Shown here one piece after another: positions 16,369-24,960 of a stretch of 31,704 nucleotides of DNA. The notes beneath the pieces were generated by a model. That model ran no database searches and was not told the DNA's origin. It was given only the letters and a program-made list of their open reading frames with translations. A program made the position numbers and the translations under genes. Source of the stretch: Thermoplasmata archaeon (GTDB taxonomy: Archaea; Thermoplasmatota; Thermoplasmata; Lutacidiplasmatales; UBA184); assembly GCA_028864975.1 (NCBI GenBank), contig JAGWLG010000039.1:1-31704 (forward strand), written 5' to 3'. Position 1 is the first letter of the stretch. Each line of letters starts with the position of its first letter.

Positions 16369-19080
16369 TCACGATTCGGTATCGTTCAGTTTTGCTTGGG
16401 GAGGGACGCCGGTCGAAGCGTCCGCGGGGGCCCTCGACCCAGGAGGAGTCTTCCCAGGGTCTTCGGCACTCGCACCAACCGCAGGAACCGCCGGCCCGGA
16501 GGTGGAGGTCGTCCCCGCCAGGTCGTTCCGCGGTCGGGCCCGTCGCCGGCGAAGGATGAAGCTCCCAACGACGGCCGCCGCTAGCACGACAGGTAGGACG
16601 AGCCAAACCCCGGCCGGCACCCCGGCCAGGAAGGAGGACACACTCCTCCCGCCGGTGCCTGGAGGTGCGGAGGTCGAGGGGAGGGGCGCGAGGACAGCGC
16701 TCCACCCCGTGGTCCTGCCTGGCCATAGCGTAACGTTGGCCCAGGTTGTGCGGTAGCCCGACGCCCCGACGGAGACCTCGTACGGACCGGCCGAGAGCGA
16801 CAGGTTGTACCCACCTGACGAGGAGACCGCCACACTCAGCCCATCGACCCGAACGGTTGCCCCGACCCCCATGGGGGCCACCGTTCCCGCCAGCCAAGAG
16901 GGGCCGGGAACCAAGCTCAGGTTCAACCAGAGGGTCTCGCCTGGTGCAAGGTCGATGGCCCGCTGGATGGGCGCGTACCCCGGGTGCGTCGAGAAGAGCG
17001 CATGGGTACCAGCCGAGCCGTTCCACAGGAACGTCCCCCCCAGCCCCATCGTCAGGGCGTACCCGTCGAGCTCCACGGAGGAGTTCGTCGGCGAGACCGA
17101 CCCACGGAGTTCAGATGGGGCATGGAGGAGGGTGATGGTGAGAGGGGTTACGGACCCCGGTGGAACGGCGACGCTCACGATCTGGGAAGTGTACCCGGGT
17201 GCGGTCGCCTGAACTTCCACCGTGCCCGAGGGGACGGCGAGGGAGAAGTTTCCCCCCAGGACGGGAACCGATCGACCGTTGACCTCGACCTGTGCCGAGG
17301 TCGGAGTGACGTTCCCGACCAGCCATCCTTGGGAGGACCCGGAGGGGGTCACGTTGAGCCAGCCGATGCCCTTCCCCGAGAAGGTGACATTCAGCAGGGA
17401 GTCCACGAAGCGCGTGCCGCCTGGGAAGATCCACGAGGAGTTCGAAGCAGCGAAAGAGCTCATGGTTCCGCTGACCTGGTAGCCCTCCGGGTACCAGAAG
17501 GACGGTAGGTTCACCTCGACCCAGGCCCCCGGGCGCGTCGCGTTGACCTCGAGGGAGTAGACCGCGGGCCGGAACCCGAAGGAGGAGGACACCTCCCGTA
17601 GACCGTCCCCCCCGACGGCGTGCGGGGAGGCCAGGACCTGGGCCCGGTCCGTGCGAGTGCGGAGGCTCCCGTTCGGCATGAGGAGCCCCCATCCGCCTCC
17701 CGGCTCGGTGATGGAAGAGCCGGAAGTGTTCGACTTCCACTCCCAGAAGGAGCTCCCGACATCGAACCTTCCGGCCGAGAAGTTGAGGTTCGCTTCGATC
17801 CAGCTGTCGTGGTAGAAGTCCGGGTTCACCCCGTACTCCCCGACGAACCAGGCGGTCCCGAACTCCTGGGCGTTATACTGCTCGTTCGCGAAGGCGCTCT
17901 GGATCGCGCTGGTGTTGCCCGACCAGTTCGCCCCCGTGGTGAAGACGTCAGAATAGATGTGCGGCTCGTAGACCAGGTCGCTGTCTCCGAGCGACACCGG
18001 GTTCCACGCCGCCCAGTTGAGATTGTCGGTGTAGGCGGGAGGCTCGAACCAGATCGCGTGTCGGGTATCCGCGGACCGTATGTAGGGGATCATCGCCCGG
18101 TAGAAGGGCAGGAGATAGCAGTCGCCGAACACGTAGGTCACGGGGCTCCCGTTGGGGCAGAACCCCAGGAAGGGGGAATTGCTCCCGGGGTAGGGCTCGT
18201 TCATGATGTCGTACCCCACGACCGCGGGGTCATTGGCGAAGGTCGAGGCCAACGTGTGGAGGGCCTCCCCGTAGGCCTCCCAGAGTCCCACGTACCCGGG
18301 AACCGTGGTGTTGTTCCAGAACGCGTTGAAGGCGGCGACGACCGCAGGGCCGACGGGGCAGTACGGGCTTCCTCCGACGACAGGGCAAGTGTGGGCGGCG
18401 TTCCCCGAGAGCGTCGCCCACGGGGGTGCCCCATCCTGCTCGATCCCCGGTGGCGTGGTGTTCCAGCCGTATTCGTCCTGGTGCATGTCGATCAGGGAAT
18501 AGACGCCGTTCTCCGCTCCCCAGCCGACCGCCTGCTGCACAGCCTGGAGATAGCTCGCATTGAAGACCCCCGGGGAAGGCTCGAGGAGGCTCCAGGAGAG
18601 GCTCATCCGAACGAAGTCGATCCCCAGCGCCCGCATCTCGACGAAGTCGCTGGGAGAGAGGGGGACGCTCTCGTTCCAGTCCGGTCCGTACTGGATGAAG
18701 CCCGTAGGGTTCACCCCCCGCAGCGGAAGGTAGGTGCCGTCGCTGCTCACGAGATCGGAGGGCCATCCCGTTTCCGCGTGGAGCCACGGGAGCACCGGGG
18801 CCTGGGACTCGCGCGAGATGGACGGACCGGGGACAAGAGCAACTCTCGCGGCGGAGGGGGCGGGCGAAGAGCGCACGGACAGTCCCGTGGGTGTCGGAGC
18901 GGCGGCATGGACCTGGGGGACCGACGTGGAGCCCCAGGGCCCGGGAACGAGCAAGAGAACCAAGAAGACCGCAAGCCCTCCCGAACCGAGCCTCGCTCCT
19001 TGCTGGAGCCCCAGGACCACCTGTCGCTGCAGAGGGGGCATGGCAGGGTGGGTCCCAGGAGCGCCCTCCCCTTCAAGCAT
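16369..19080 (-). CDS. Membrane-anchored GH5 glycoside hydrolase (endoglycoceramidase-like) with three PEGA-like domains
   Basis: LRGVN, LIDMHQD, GYDIMNEP (acid/base Glu), WFEP, YEPHIY and VGEYG (nucleophile Glu). It has an N-terminal signal helix, three repeats of V.P....V.VDG...G.Y.L....G...V....GY, and a C-terminal TM followed by RRRRAR. The start is uncertain (19110, 19080 or 19041). Confidence 0.85.
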   Translation of the reverse strand: MLEGEGAPGTHPAMPPLQRQVVLGLQQGARLGSGGLAVFLVLLLVPGPWGSTSVPQVHAAAPTPTGLSVRSSPAPSAARVALVPGPSISRESQAPVLPWLHAETGWPSDLVSSDGTYLPLRGVNPTGFIQYGPDWNESVPLSPSDFVEMRALGIDFVRMSLSWSLLEPSPGVFNASYLQAVQQAVGWGAENGVYSLIDMHQDEYGWNTTPPGIEQDGAPPWATLSGNAAHTCPVVGGSPYCPVGPAVVAAFNAFWNNTTVPGYVGLWEAYGEALHTLASTFANDPAVVGYDIMNEPYPGSNSPFLGFCPNGSPVTYVFGDCYLLPFYRAMIPYIRSADTRHAIWFEPPAYTDNLNWAAWNPVSLGDSDLVYEPHIYSDVFTTGANWSGNTSAIQSAFANEQYNAQEFGTAWFVGEYGVNPDFYHDSWIEANLNFSAGRFDVGSSFWEWKSNTSGSSITEPGGGWGLLMPNGSLRTRTDRAQVLASPHAVGGDGLREVSSSFGFRPAVYSLEVNATRPGAWVEVNLPSFWYPEGYQVSGTMSSFAASNSSWIFPGGTRFVDSLLNVTFSGKGIGWLNVTPSGSSQGWLVGNVTPTSAQVEVNGRSVPVLGGNFSLAVPSGTVEVQATAPGYTSQIVSVAVPPGSVTPLTITLLHAPSELRGSVSPTNSSVELDGYALTMGLGGTFLWNGSAGTHALFSTHPGYAPIQRAIDLAPGETLWLNLSLVPGPSWLAGTVAPMGVGATVRVDGLSVAVSSSGGYNLSLSAGPYEVSVGASGYRTTWANVTLWPGRTTGWSAVLAPLPSTSAPPGTGGRSVSSFLAGVPAGVWLVLPVVLAAAVVGSFILRRRRARPRNDLAGTTSTSGPAVPAVGASAEDPGKTPPGSRAPADASTGVPPQAKLNDTES

Positions 19081-19159
19081 GCGCCCCTGCTTGGCCAGGG
19101 TTTCTGGCAAGCCCCCATCGACGCGTGCTCGAGCCAGAGACGCCGCCTCCCGCGCTCAG

Positions 19160-19166
19160 CTTATCT
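19160..19166. promoter_or_regulatory. TATA-like element (CTTATCT / AGATAAG) in the divergent GH5 / HAD-ECH spacer
   Basis: The only AT-rich patch in the spacer, about 22-28 nt upstream of GTG 19188. Confidence 0.4.
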
Positions 19167-19187
19167 GACCCTCCCCTTCCCGACCTT

Positions 19188-21149
19188 GTGTCCGCGGCCT
19201 CTACTCCCTCGCACGGCTCGGGAACCGCCGAACGCTCCGCCCCGCTGAGCCCCCTCCGACCCGGGGACGTGGTCGTGATCCTTGGCGCCGGTAACATGGG
19301 TTCCGGCATCGGCCAGGCGGCAGCTCAGGCGGGTTTCAAGGTCCGGATCCGGGACCTCGCCGAGAAGGACCTCGAGCGAGGTCGGACGGCGATCATCAAG
19401 ACGCTCGACGGGGCGATCCAACGGGGCAAGAGCACGCCCGCCAAGAAGGCGGACATCCTCTCGCGGATCGCCTTCACCACGGACCTTATCGAGGCGCTCT
19501 CGGGCGCCCGTCTGGTCGTCGAGGCGGTCTTCGAAGAGGCGAAGGTCAAGCGGCCCCTCTTCGAGGAGGTCGTTCGGCACGTGGCCCCGGACTGCATCGT
19601 CGCGACCAACACCTCGAGCCTCTCCGTCGCCGAACTCTTCGAGGGCCTTCCGAGCCCCGGTCGCTACGCCGGCCTGCACTTCTTCTACCCGGCCGCGATC
19701 AACAAGCTGGTCGAGGTCATCGCGGGCCCGAGCACTTCTTCCGAGGTCCTCGAGACCCTCTCCCGCTTCTCCTACGCCCTCCGCAAGATCCCGATCCGCG
19801 TCGAGGACCGGGCGGGCTTCTGCGTCAATCGCTTCTTCGTCCCGTTCCTCAACGAGTCGGTGCGCCTCCTCGAAGAGGGAGTCGCGAACCTTTCCACCAT
19901 CGAGGCCACGGCGAACGAGCTGCTGGGGACGAACCTCGGCCCCTTCCAGCTGATGAACGTGACCGGGGTGACCATCGCCTTCCACGCGATGGGTTCGCTG
20001 CACCAGGCCTTCGGGGAGTTCTATGCCCCCGCGAAGCTGCTCGAGAGCCAATACCAAAGGAAGGAGAGCTGGGACCTCAAGGCCGGCGGCGAGGTCGATC
20101 CCTCCAAGAACGAGGCCGTGCGCCGGCGTCTGCTGGGCGCCATCCTCGGTATTGCGACGCGCCTGGTCGAAGAGAGTGTCGCTTCCCCGGAGGACACCGA
20201 CCGGGGGGCGACCATCGGGCTTCGATGGGCGAAGGGCCCGTTCGCCCTGCTGAACGGCGTCGGACCCACGGCAGCGCTCGGGATGGTCGAGGCGGTGAGC
20301 GGCCGTTGGAAGGAGGCCTTCCCCGTCTCGAAGGAGCTACATCGGCTCGCGGGAGAGGGGGCGCCGGCGTGGCCACTCTCGCAGATCCGGGTCCGGAAGG
20401 AGGGGGCTCTCGCCTGGGTCCTGCTCGACCGTCCCGAGGTGATGAACGCCCTCAACACCCGGCTCCTGGAGGAGCTCGAACAGAAGGTCCTGCGTGCGGC
20501 CGAGGACCCCGAAGTGAAGGTCCTGCTTCTTGCGGGGAGCTCCAACGTCTTCGCGGCGGGAGCGGACATCGCGGAGATGGCCGGGAAGAGCGTCCAAGAG
20601 GGTCGGGAGTTCACGATGCTGGGTCAGCGCGTGACCCGCGCCATCGAGACCCTTCCCAAGCCCGTCATCGCCGTGGTCGAGGGATATGCCTTCGGCGGCG
20701 GGCTCGAACTCGCCCTCTCCTGCGACTTCATCCTCGCGGCCGAAGGCACCACCATGGGCCTCCCGGAGGTCACCCTGGGGATCCACCCCGGCTTCGGGGG
20801 GACCCAGCGGATGGTCCGATTGGTGGGGCGCGCGCGCACGAAACTGATGGTCGAGAGCGATCTCCGGATCCGAGCTGACGAGGCCGAGCGCTGGGGGCTG
20901 GTCGCCCGCAGCTATCCCCCCGAGCGCCTACATGAAGAGGCCCGGGCGATCGGGAAGAAGATCGCGGCGAACGCTCCGATCGCGGTGCGGCTGGTCCGCG
21001 AGGTGATCGACCTCGGGTCGGACACGGACCTGCCGACGGGTCTCCGACTGGAAGGCGAATCCGCGAGCTACACCTTTTCGACCGAGGACCAGAAGGAAGG
21101 GATGCGGGCCTTCCAAGAGCGGCGCCCCCCGAAGTTCCGAGGACGGTGA
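19188..21149 (+). CDS. Bifunctional 3-hydroxyacyl-CoA dehydrogenase / enoyl-CoA hydratase (HAD N-terminal, crotonase C-terminal)
   Basis: VILGAGNMGSGIG (NAD-binding), VVEAVFE, ATNTSSLS, GLHFFYPA, GFCVNRF, then LDRPEVMNALN, FAAGADI, GYAFGGGLELALSCD and GLPEVTLGIHPGFGGTQR. The start is inferred at the in-frame GTG 19188, giving about 653 aa. Confidence 0.92.
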   Translation: MSAASTPSHGSGTAERSAPLSPLRPGDVVVILGAGNMGSGIGQAAAQAGFKVRIRDLAEKDLERGRTAIIKTLDGAIQRGKSTPAKKADILSRIAFTTDLIEALSGARLVVEAVFEEAKVKRPLFEEVVRHVAPDCIVATNTSSLSVAELFEGLPSPGRYAGLHFFYPAAINKLVEVIAGPSTSSEVLETLSRFSYALRKIPIRVEDRAGFCVNRFFVPFLNESVRLLEEGVANLSTIEATANELLGTNLGPFQLMNVTGVTIAFHAMGSLHQAFGEFYAPAKLLESQYQRKESWDLKAGGEVDPSKNEAVRRRLLGAILGIATRLVEESVASPEDTDRGATIGLRWAKGPFALLNGVGPTAALGMVEAVSGRWKEAFPVSKELHRLAGEGAPAWPLSQIRVRKEGALAWVLLDRPEVMNALNTRLLEELEQKVLRAAEDPEVKVLLLAGSSNVFAAGADIAEMAGKSVQEGREFTMLGQRVTRAIETLPKPVIAVVEGYAFGGGLELALSCDFILAAEGTTMGLPEVTLGIHPGFGGTQRMVRLVGRARTKLMVESDLRIRADEAERWGLVARSYPPERLHEEARAIGKKIAANAPIAVRLVREVIDLGSDTDLPTGLRLEGESASYTFSTEDQKEGMRAFQERRPPKFRGR

Positions 21150-22540
21150 GCGCGGACCGCGCTGCCGGGTCCGCGGGCCCGGCCTCTATCGTGGGAGAGC
21201 CCCTTCGCCACCCCCATCCCTTGGTTCTCGTACTGAGCACGGCCTTCGCCGCCGTGGGGGCGATGACCTTCGCCAACGCGCCCTACACGCTCGCCGGCTA
21301 CGGGCTGGGGATGTTCGCCCTCTTGACCCTCGGCCTCTTGCTTCCCCGTCTTACGGCGTTCGTGTGCTTCACGGTGGGCTACGGGGTCGGGACAGGGGTG
21401 GCGCTTGACCTGCAAACCTCCTTCGCACAGGCCCAGATCGGGGCCGCGGTCATCCTCCCCCTGTTGCTCCTCGTGTTCCTCTTCGTCCGCCCGAAGGCGG
21501 GCTACCTGGGTTCGGCGCTCCTCGTGGTCACTCTGGAGACCTTGGCCGCGGTGGTGGTCGGCCTCAGCACCTTCGGGAGCTCCGGGTCCTACACGGCGAT
21601 GGCCATCATGGACGTCGTCTACGTCCTTCCCGCCGCCGCGGTGGCGCGCATGGCCACGTCGGACCGCCCGCTGGGGGTTCGAATCGGCGGAAGCGTGCTG
21701 GGGGTCGCAGGGACCGTGCTCGCGTTCCTCTCGGGGAGCGTGTTCCTGGCCGTGGGCCCCCTCTTGGTCGGCGTGCTCATGGTCCTGCTCACTTCGGTCC
21801 TCGCCTTCTCCCGCCCTCGCATCCTCTCCTCCTGGGTCTCCCCCGCCCGCCGCGCGCTCGCGCTGACGTTGGTGATGCTTCTGCTCGCCTCGGCCGTGAC
21901 CGCGACTTCCTCCCAGGCGCTTGGATACGACCTCCGAGCCGCCCTGCCCGAGAGCTCTGCTGCCTACTGGACGCACACCGCATGGGTGCAGCCGAGCTCC
22001 GCTTCCCCGGGATGCCGCCCCGGCTGGAATTTCGCTGGGGACGGCACGTTCGCCGGGGGGGTCTGGCACAAGGAGAGGCTCCACCTCATCGACCCCTGTC
22101 GGGTGGTCCAAGGCACCGTGGCCGGCGTTTCGAACGACAGCGGCTACGGCGCCGACGGCGACTTCAGCTTCGACCTTCACCTGCCCTCCTCGGAGCAGAG
22201 CTACCTCACGATCGGCGACGGGGTCCTCAACGGAGGGACCCTCCACGTCGAGGTCGTCCCCCGCGACCAGCCTTCCGTCCTGCGCAACCTGACCCTTTGT
22301 CTGGGGATGCAGGTGCAAGTGACGGGGGCCTTCGTCATCGATACGGACCATGGGATGGGGAGCGAGATCCATCCCGCCTGGTCGGTGGTCGTTCTCGACC
22401 CCACGTGCCACGCGGCCTCCCCGAGCTCGGCGACTCCATCGGACTCGAGCGGCACCCGACCCTGGGGGGTCTCCTCTTCGGTCGGGACGGCGGCCCTCGG
22501 GCTGGGGAGCTTCCTGGCCCTCCTGAGGCGAGTCGCCTGA
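21146..22540 (+). CDS. Polytopic membrane protein fused to an extracellular OB-fold-like domain
   Basis: Overlaps the upstream stop (GTGA). It has about 7 hydrophobic helices, then CRVVQGTV...DGDFSFDL...LHVEVVP...VQVTGAFVIDTDHG..EIHP and a hydrophobic C-terminus. Confidence 0.65.
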   Translation: MSADRAAGSAGPASIVGEPLRHPHPLVLVLSTAFAAVGAMTFANAPYTLAGYGLGMFALLTLGLLLPRLTAFVCFTVGYGVGTGVALDLQTSFAQAQIGAAVILPLLLLVFLFVRPKAGYLGSALLVVTLETLAAVVVGLSTFGSSGSYTAMAIMDVVYVLPAAAVARMATSDRPLGVRIGGSVLGVAGTVLAFLSGSVFLAVGPLLVGVLMVLLTSVLAFSRPRILSSWVSPARRALALTLVMLLLASAVTATSSQALGYDLRAALPESSAAYWTHTAWVQPSSASPGCRPGWNFAGDGTFAGGVWHKERLHLIDPCRVVQGTVAGVSNDSGYGADGDFSFDLHLPSSEQSYLTIGDGVLNGGTLHVEVVPRDQPSVLRNLTLCLGMQVQVTGAFVIDTDHGMGSEIHPAWSVVVLDPTCHAASPSSATPSDSSGTRPWGVSSSVGTAALGLGSFLALLRRVA

Positions 22541-22566
22541 GCGCTCCCCGCGCCCGCGGCTCGAGC

Positions 22567-23487
22567 TTACGACCCGCCCTGGATGAGCTTCAGGTAGGCG
22601 TCCTCGAGGTTGAGCGACGCGCTGCTGAAAGAGGTCACCGGCGCGACCTTCTGGCAGGCCTCCAGGATCCGCGCTCGTGTGCCGTCATCACCATCGAAGT
22701 CGAGGCGGAATCGGGTCGGGGAGACGACCTCGACCTTGCTGACGCCAGGGACGGTGGTCAGCACGGAGGGCTCGAGGGGCTTCGCGAACTCAACATCGAG
22801 GCGGGTGACCCTGAACTTGATCCCGATGTTCTGGACAGAGTCCTGGAGCAGGATCTTCCCCTTGTTGATGAAGATCACCCGGTCGCAGATCTCCGTCACT
22901 TCCTGAAGTAGATGCGAGCTCATCAGGATCAACCGCTGCTCGCCCTTCAGCCGGACCAGGATGTTACGGATGACGACCCGCTCGGCAGGGTCGAGGCCGC
23001 TGGTGGGTTCGTCGAGGAGCAGCACCGTGGGCTCTGCCAGAAGGATGCCGGCCAGGACGATCCGCTGTTTCTGCCCCTTCGAGAGCTTCGCGGTCTTGCG
23101 GTCCAGGTCCGGGAGCTCCAGCTCGGCCGCATAGCGCTCCGTCCGGTCCCTGATCTCCTCCCTGGTCAGGCCGCGGTACTCCCCGATCATTCGGAGAGCT
23201 TCGCGCCCCGTTTGCGACGGATACGGCTCGGGCGTCTCGATGAGGGCCCCGACGTTCCAGAGGGCCCTCTTGGGGTCCGCGGTGACGTCGATCCCATCGA
23301 TGAGCGCGTGACCCGTGGTGGGCCGCAGCAGGTCGGTGAAGAGCTTGAGGGTCGTGGTCTTGCCCGCCCCGTTAGGCCCGAGGTACCCGATCGCCCCCGC
23401 CCCCTCGTAACGGAAGTCGGCGTGGTCGAGCGCCGTGAAGGAGTTGAACCGCTTCGTGAGGTCCTGCGCCTCCAGCAAGGGCGACAT
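22567..23487 (-). CDS. ABC transporter ATP-binding protein (ABC-2/DrrA-like exporter)
   Basis: Walker A GPNGAGKTT, signature LSKGQKQR, Walker B LLLDEPTSGLD and the SSH switch. ATG 23487 overlaps the permease stop (TGATG). Confidence 0.93.
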   Translation of the reverse strand: MSPLLEAQDLTKRFNSFTALDHADFRYEGAGAIGYLGPNGAGKTTTLKLFTDLLRPTTGHALIDGIDVTADPKRALWNVGALIETPEPYPSQTGREALRMIGEYRGLTREEIRDRTERYAAELELPDLDRKTAKLSKGQKQRIVLAGILLAEPTVLLLDEPTSGLDPAERVVIRNILVRLKGEQRLILMSSHLLQEVTEICDRVIFINKGKILLQDSVQNIGIKFRVTRLDVEFAKPLEPSVLTTVPGVSKVEVVSPTRFRLDFDGDDGTRARILEACQKVAPVTSFSSASLNLEDAYLKLIQGGS

Positions 23488-24335
23488 CAGCCCTTGACCT
23501 CCTTGCGGGTGTAGATCACGTAGGCGAGCACCAAGAACACCACGAGATAGGTCACCATGATGGTCAACCCTTCCCAGGCGTACGGGCTCCACTGGTAGAT
23601 GGTGAGCACGGCGCCCCTTCGTCCTTCCGAGATCGACTGGGTGGAGTAGTGAACGAACGGGTTCTGGAACAGGTTGCTGATGACCCCGGAGGCGTAGTCC
23701 AGGGAGTACCAGGGCTCCCCGCCCGTGAACGACCCGATCGAGGTCACGATCGGAAGGGCGATGATCATGATGAGGACGGTGAATACGATGCTGATCGCCG
23801 GGCTCTTGAAGAAAGAACTGAAGAAGAACGCGAGCGCGAGGGCGGATAACCCGTAGAGGAAGGCGAACCCGAACGACTCGGCAAGCGTCCCACCGGGGAG
23901 CGCTCCGACCCCGTAGATGTAGGCCGCGCCTCCGATCGCAAAGGCGTAGTAGGCGATGGCGACCAGCAAGCCTACGAGCGCGGCTGCGGCATATCGCCCC
24001 GCGAGAAGGACCCACCGGCGGACCGGCTGGGTGAGCATCAGGTACCCCGGACCGCCGCCCATGTCCATGGCGATCGCGTCGCCTCCCAGGAACGCCGCGG
24101 CGATGATGATCGCGCTGCCGATGTTGCCAAGGAAGGCGTGGAGATAGTCGGACGATGTGGGGTTCGTCGTTTGGACCGCGATGACGCCGCGATAGAGCTG
24201 AAGCGATAGGACCGCCGCAGAAATCGCCGCGACGAACAGAAGGATGCCCGCGAACCTCCAGGTCCTGAGATAGAAACGGAGCTGATAGAGGAACGTTGTC
24301 AAAAACTGCTGCAGGTCGCTGACGTTCCGTGACAT
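23487..24335 (-). CDS. ABC-2 type transporter permease
   Basis: About six TM helices and the ABC-2 pattern DAIAMDMGGGPGYLMLTQPVRRWVLLAGRY. It is coupled to the ATPase. Start is 24335 (alternative 24353). Confidence 0.85.
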   Translation of the reverse strand: MSRNVSDLQQFLTTFLYQLRFYLRTWRFAGILLFVAAISAAVLSLQLYRGVIAVQTTNPTSSDYLHAFLGNIGSAIIIAAAFLGGDAIAMDMGGGPGYLMLTQPVRRWVLLAGRYAAAALVGLLVAIAYYAFAIGGAAYIYGVGALPGGTLAESFGFAFLYGLSALALAFFFSSFFKSPAISIVFTVLIMIIALPIVTSIGSFTGGEPWYSLDYASGVISNLFQNPFVHYSTQSISEGRRGAVLTIYQWSPYAWEGLTIMVTYLVVFLVLAYVIYTRKEVKG

Positions 24336-24414
24336 GGTCACCGGCCGCACCACGATGGACTATATGGAGATGGGTCCAAACGCCGCCCCCGAAGTCGGTC
24401 GATGGAGGGAACTC

Positions 24415-24421
24415 TTTAATA
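24415..24421. promoter_or_regulatory. TATA box (TTTAATA) in the divergent ABC / marR-MFS spacer
   Basis: Canonical archaeal TATA-like sequence, readable on both strands, about 36 nt before ATG 24457. Confidence 0.55.
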
Positions 24422-24456
24422 CGGTACCAGAATCTTTGCGTTTCCGAAGCATCTCG

Positions 24457-24960
24457 ATGCCCGGCAAATCCTCTCCCCGTCCAAAGCTCTCCCCCGAGAG
24501 CGAGCTCCAGGAGACCCTTAGCCGTCTCATGCGCTCGTGGATGCGCGGTTCCAGGGAGATCGCAAAGGGGCTAGGTCTCTCCCTTCCTCAGCTCTTCCTG
24601 CTGGGGGCGCTCACCCAGATGGGGGAGATCCCCGCCACTCGCTGGGCAGAGATCATTGGGGCCTCCCCTTCGACCGCCACGGGGCTCCTCGATGGCCTCG
24701 AATCTGGAGGGCTCATCCGCCGGACCCACGACGAGAAGGACCGCCGCCAGGTCCTCGTTTCACTGACCCCCGCGGGTCGGCGCGTCGCCGTCAAGATGAA
24801 GGCCGCACGACAGCGTGAGTGGAAGAGGCTGGTCCGTGGTGTCCCTGCCGGGGAGCTTCGGTCAGCCGAGCGGACGCTTTCCAAGATCCTCGCCCGGTTC
24901 GATCAGGAGAGGGGCGGACCCGGCGACCCCGATTGCCCTCCCGCGGGAAAGGCCGCATGA
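24457..24960 (+). CDS. MarR-family transcriptional regulator
   Basis: LSLPQLFLL, SPSTATGLLDGLESGGLIRR and the wing motif DEKDRRQVLVSLT. The start is placed after the TATA box, because the listed ATG 24334 overlaps the divergent permease. Confidence 0.88.
   Translation: MPGKSSPRPKLSPESELQETLSRLMRSWMRGSREIAKGLGLSLPQLFLLGALTQMGEIPATRWAEIIGASPSTATGLLDGLESGGLIRRTHDEKDRRQVLVSLTPAGRRVAVKMKAARQREWKRLVRGVPAGELRSAERTLSKILARFDQERGGPGDPDCPPAGKAA

Noticed and set aside
22567-24015. 482-aa ABC ATPase with a long N-terminal extension
   Set aside because: The extension overlaps the permease in another frame. The real start is ATG 23487, coupled to the permease stop.
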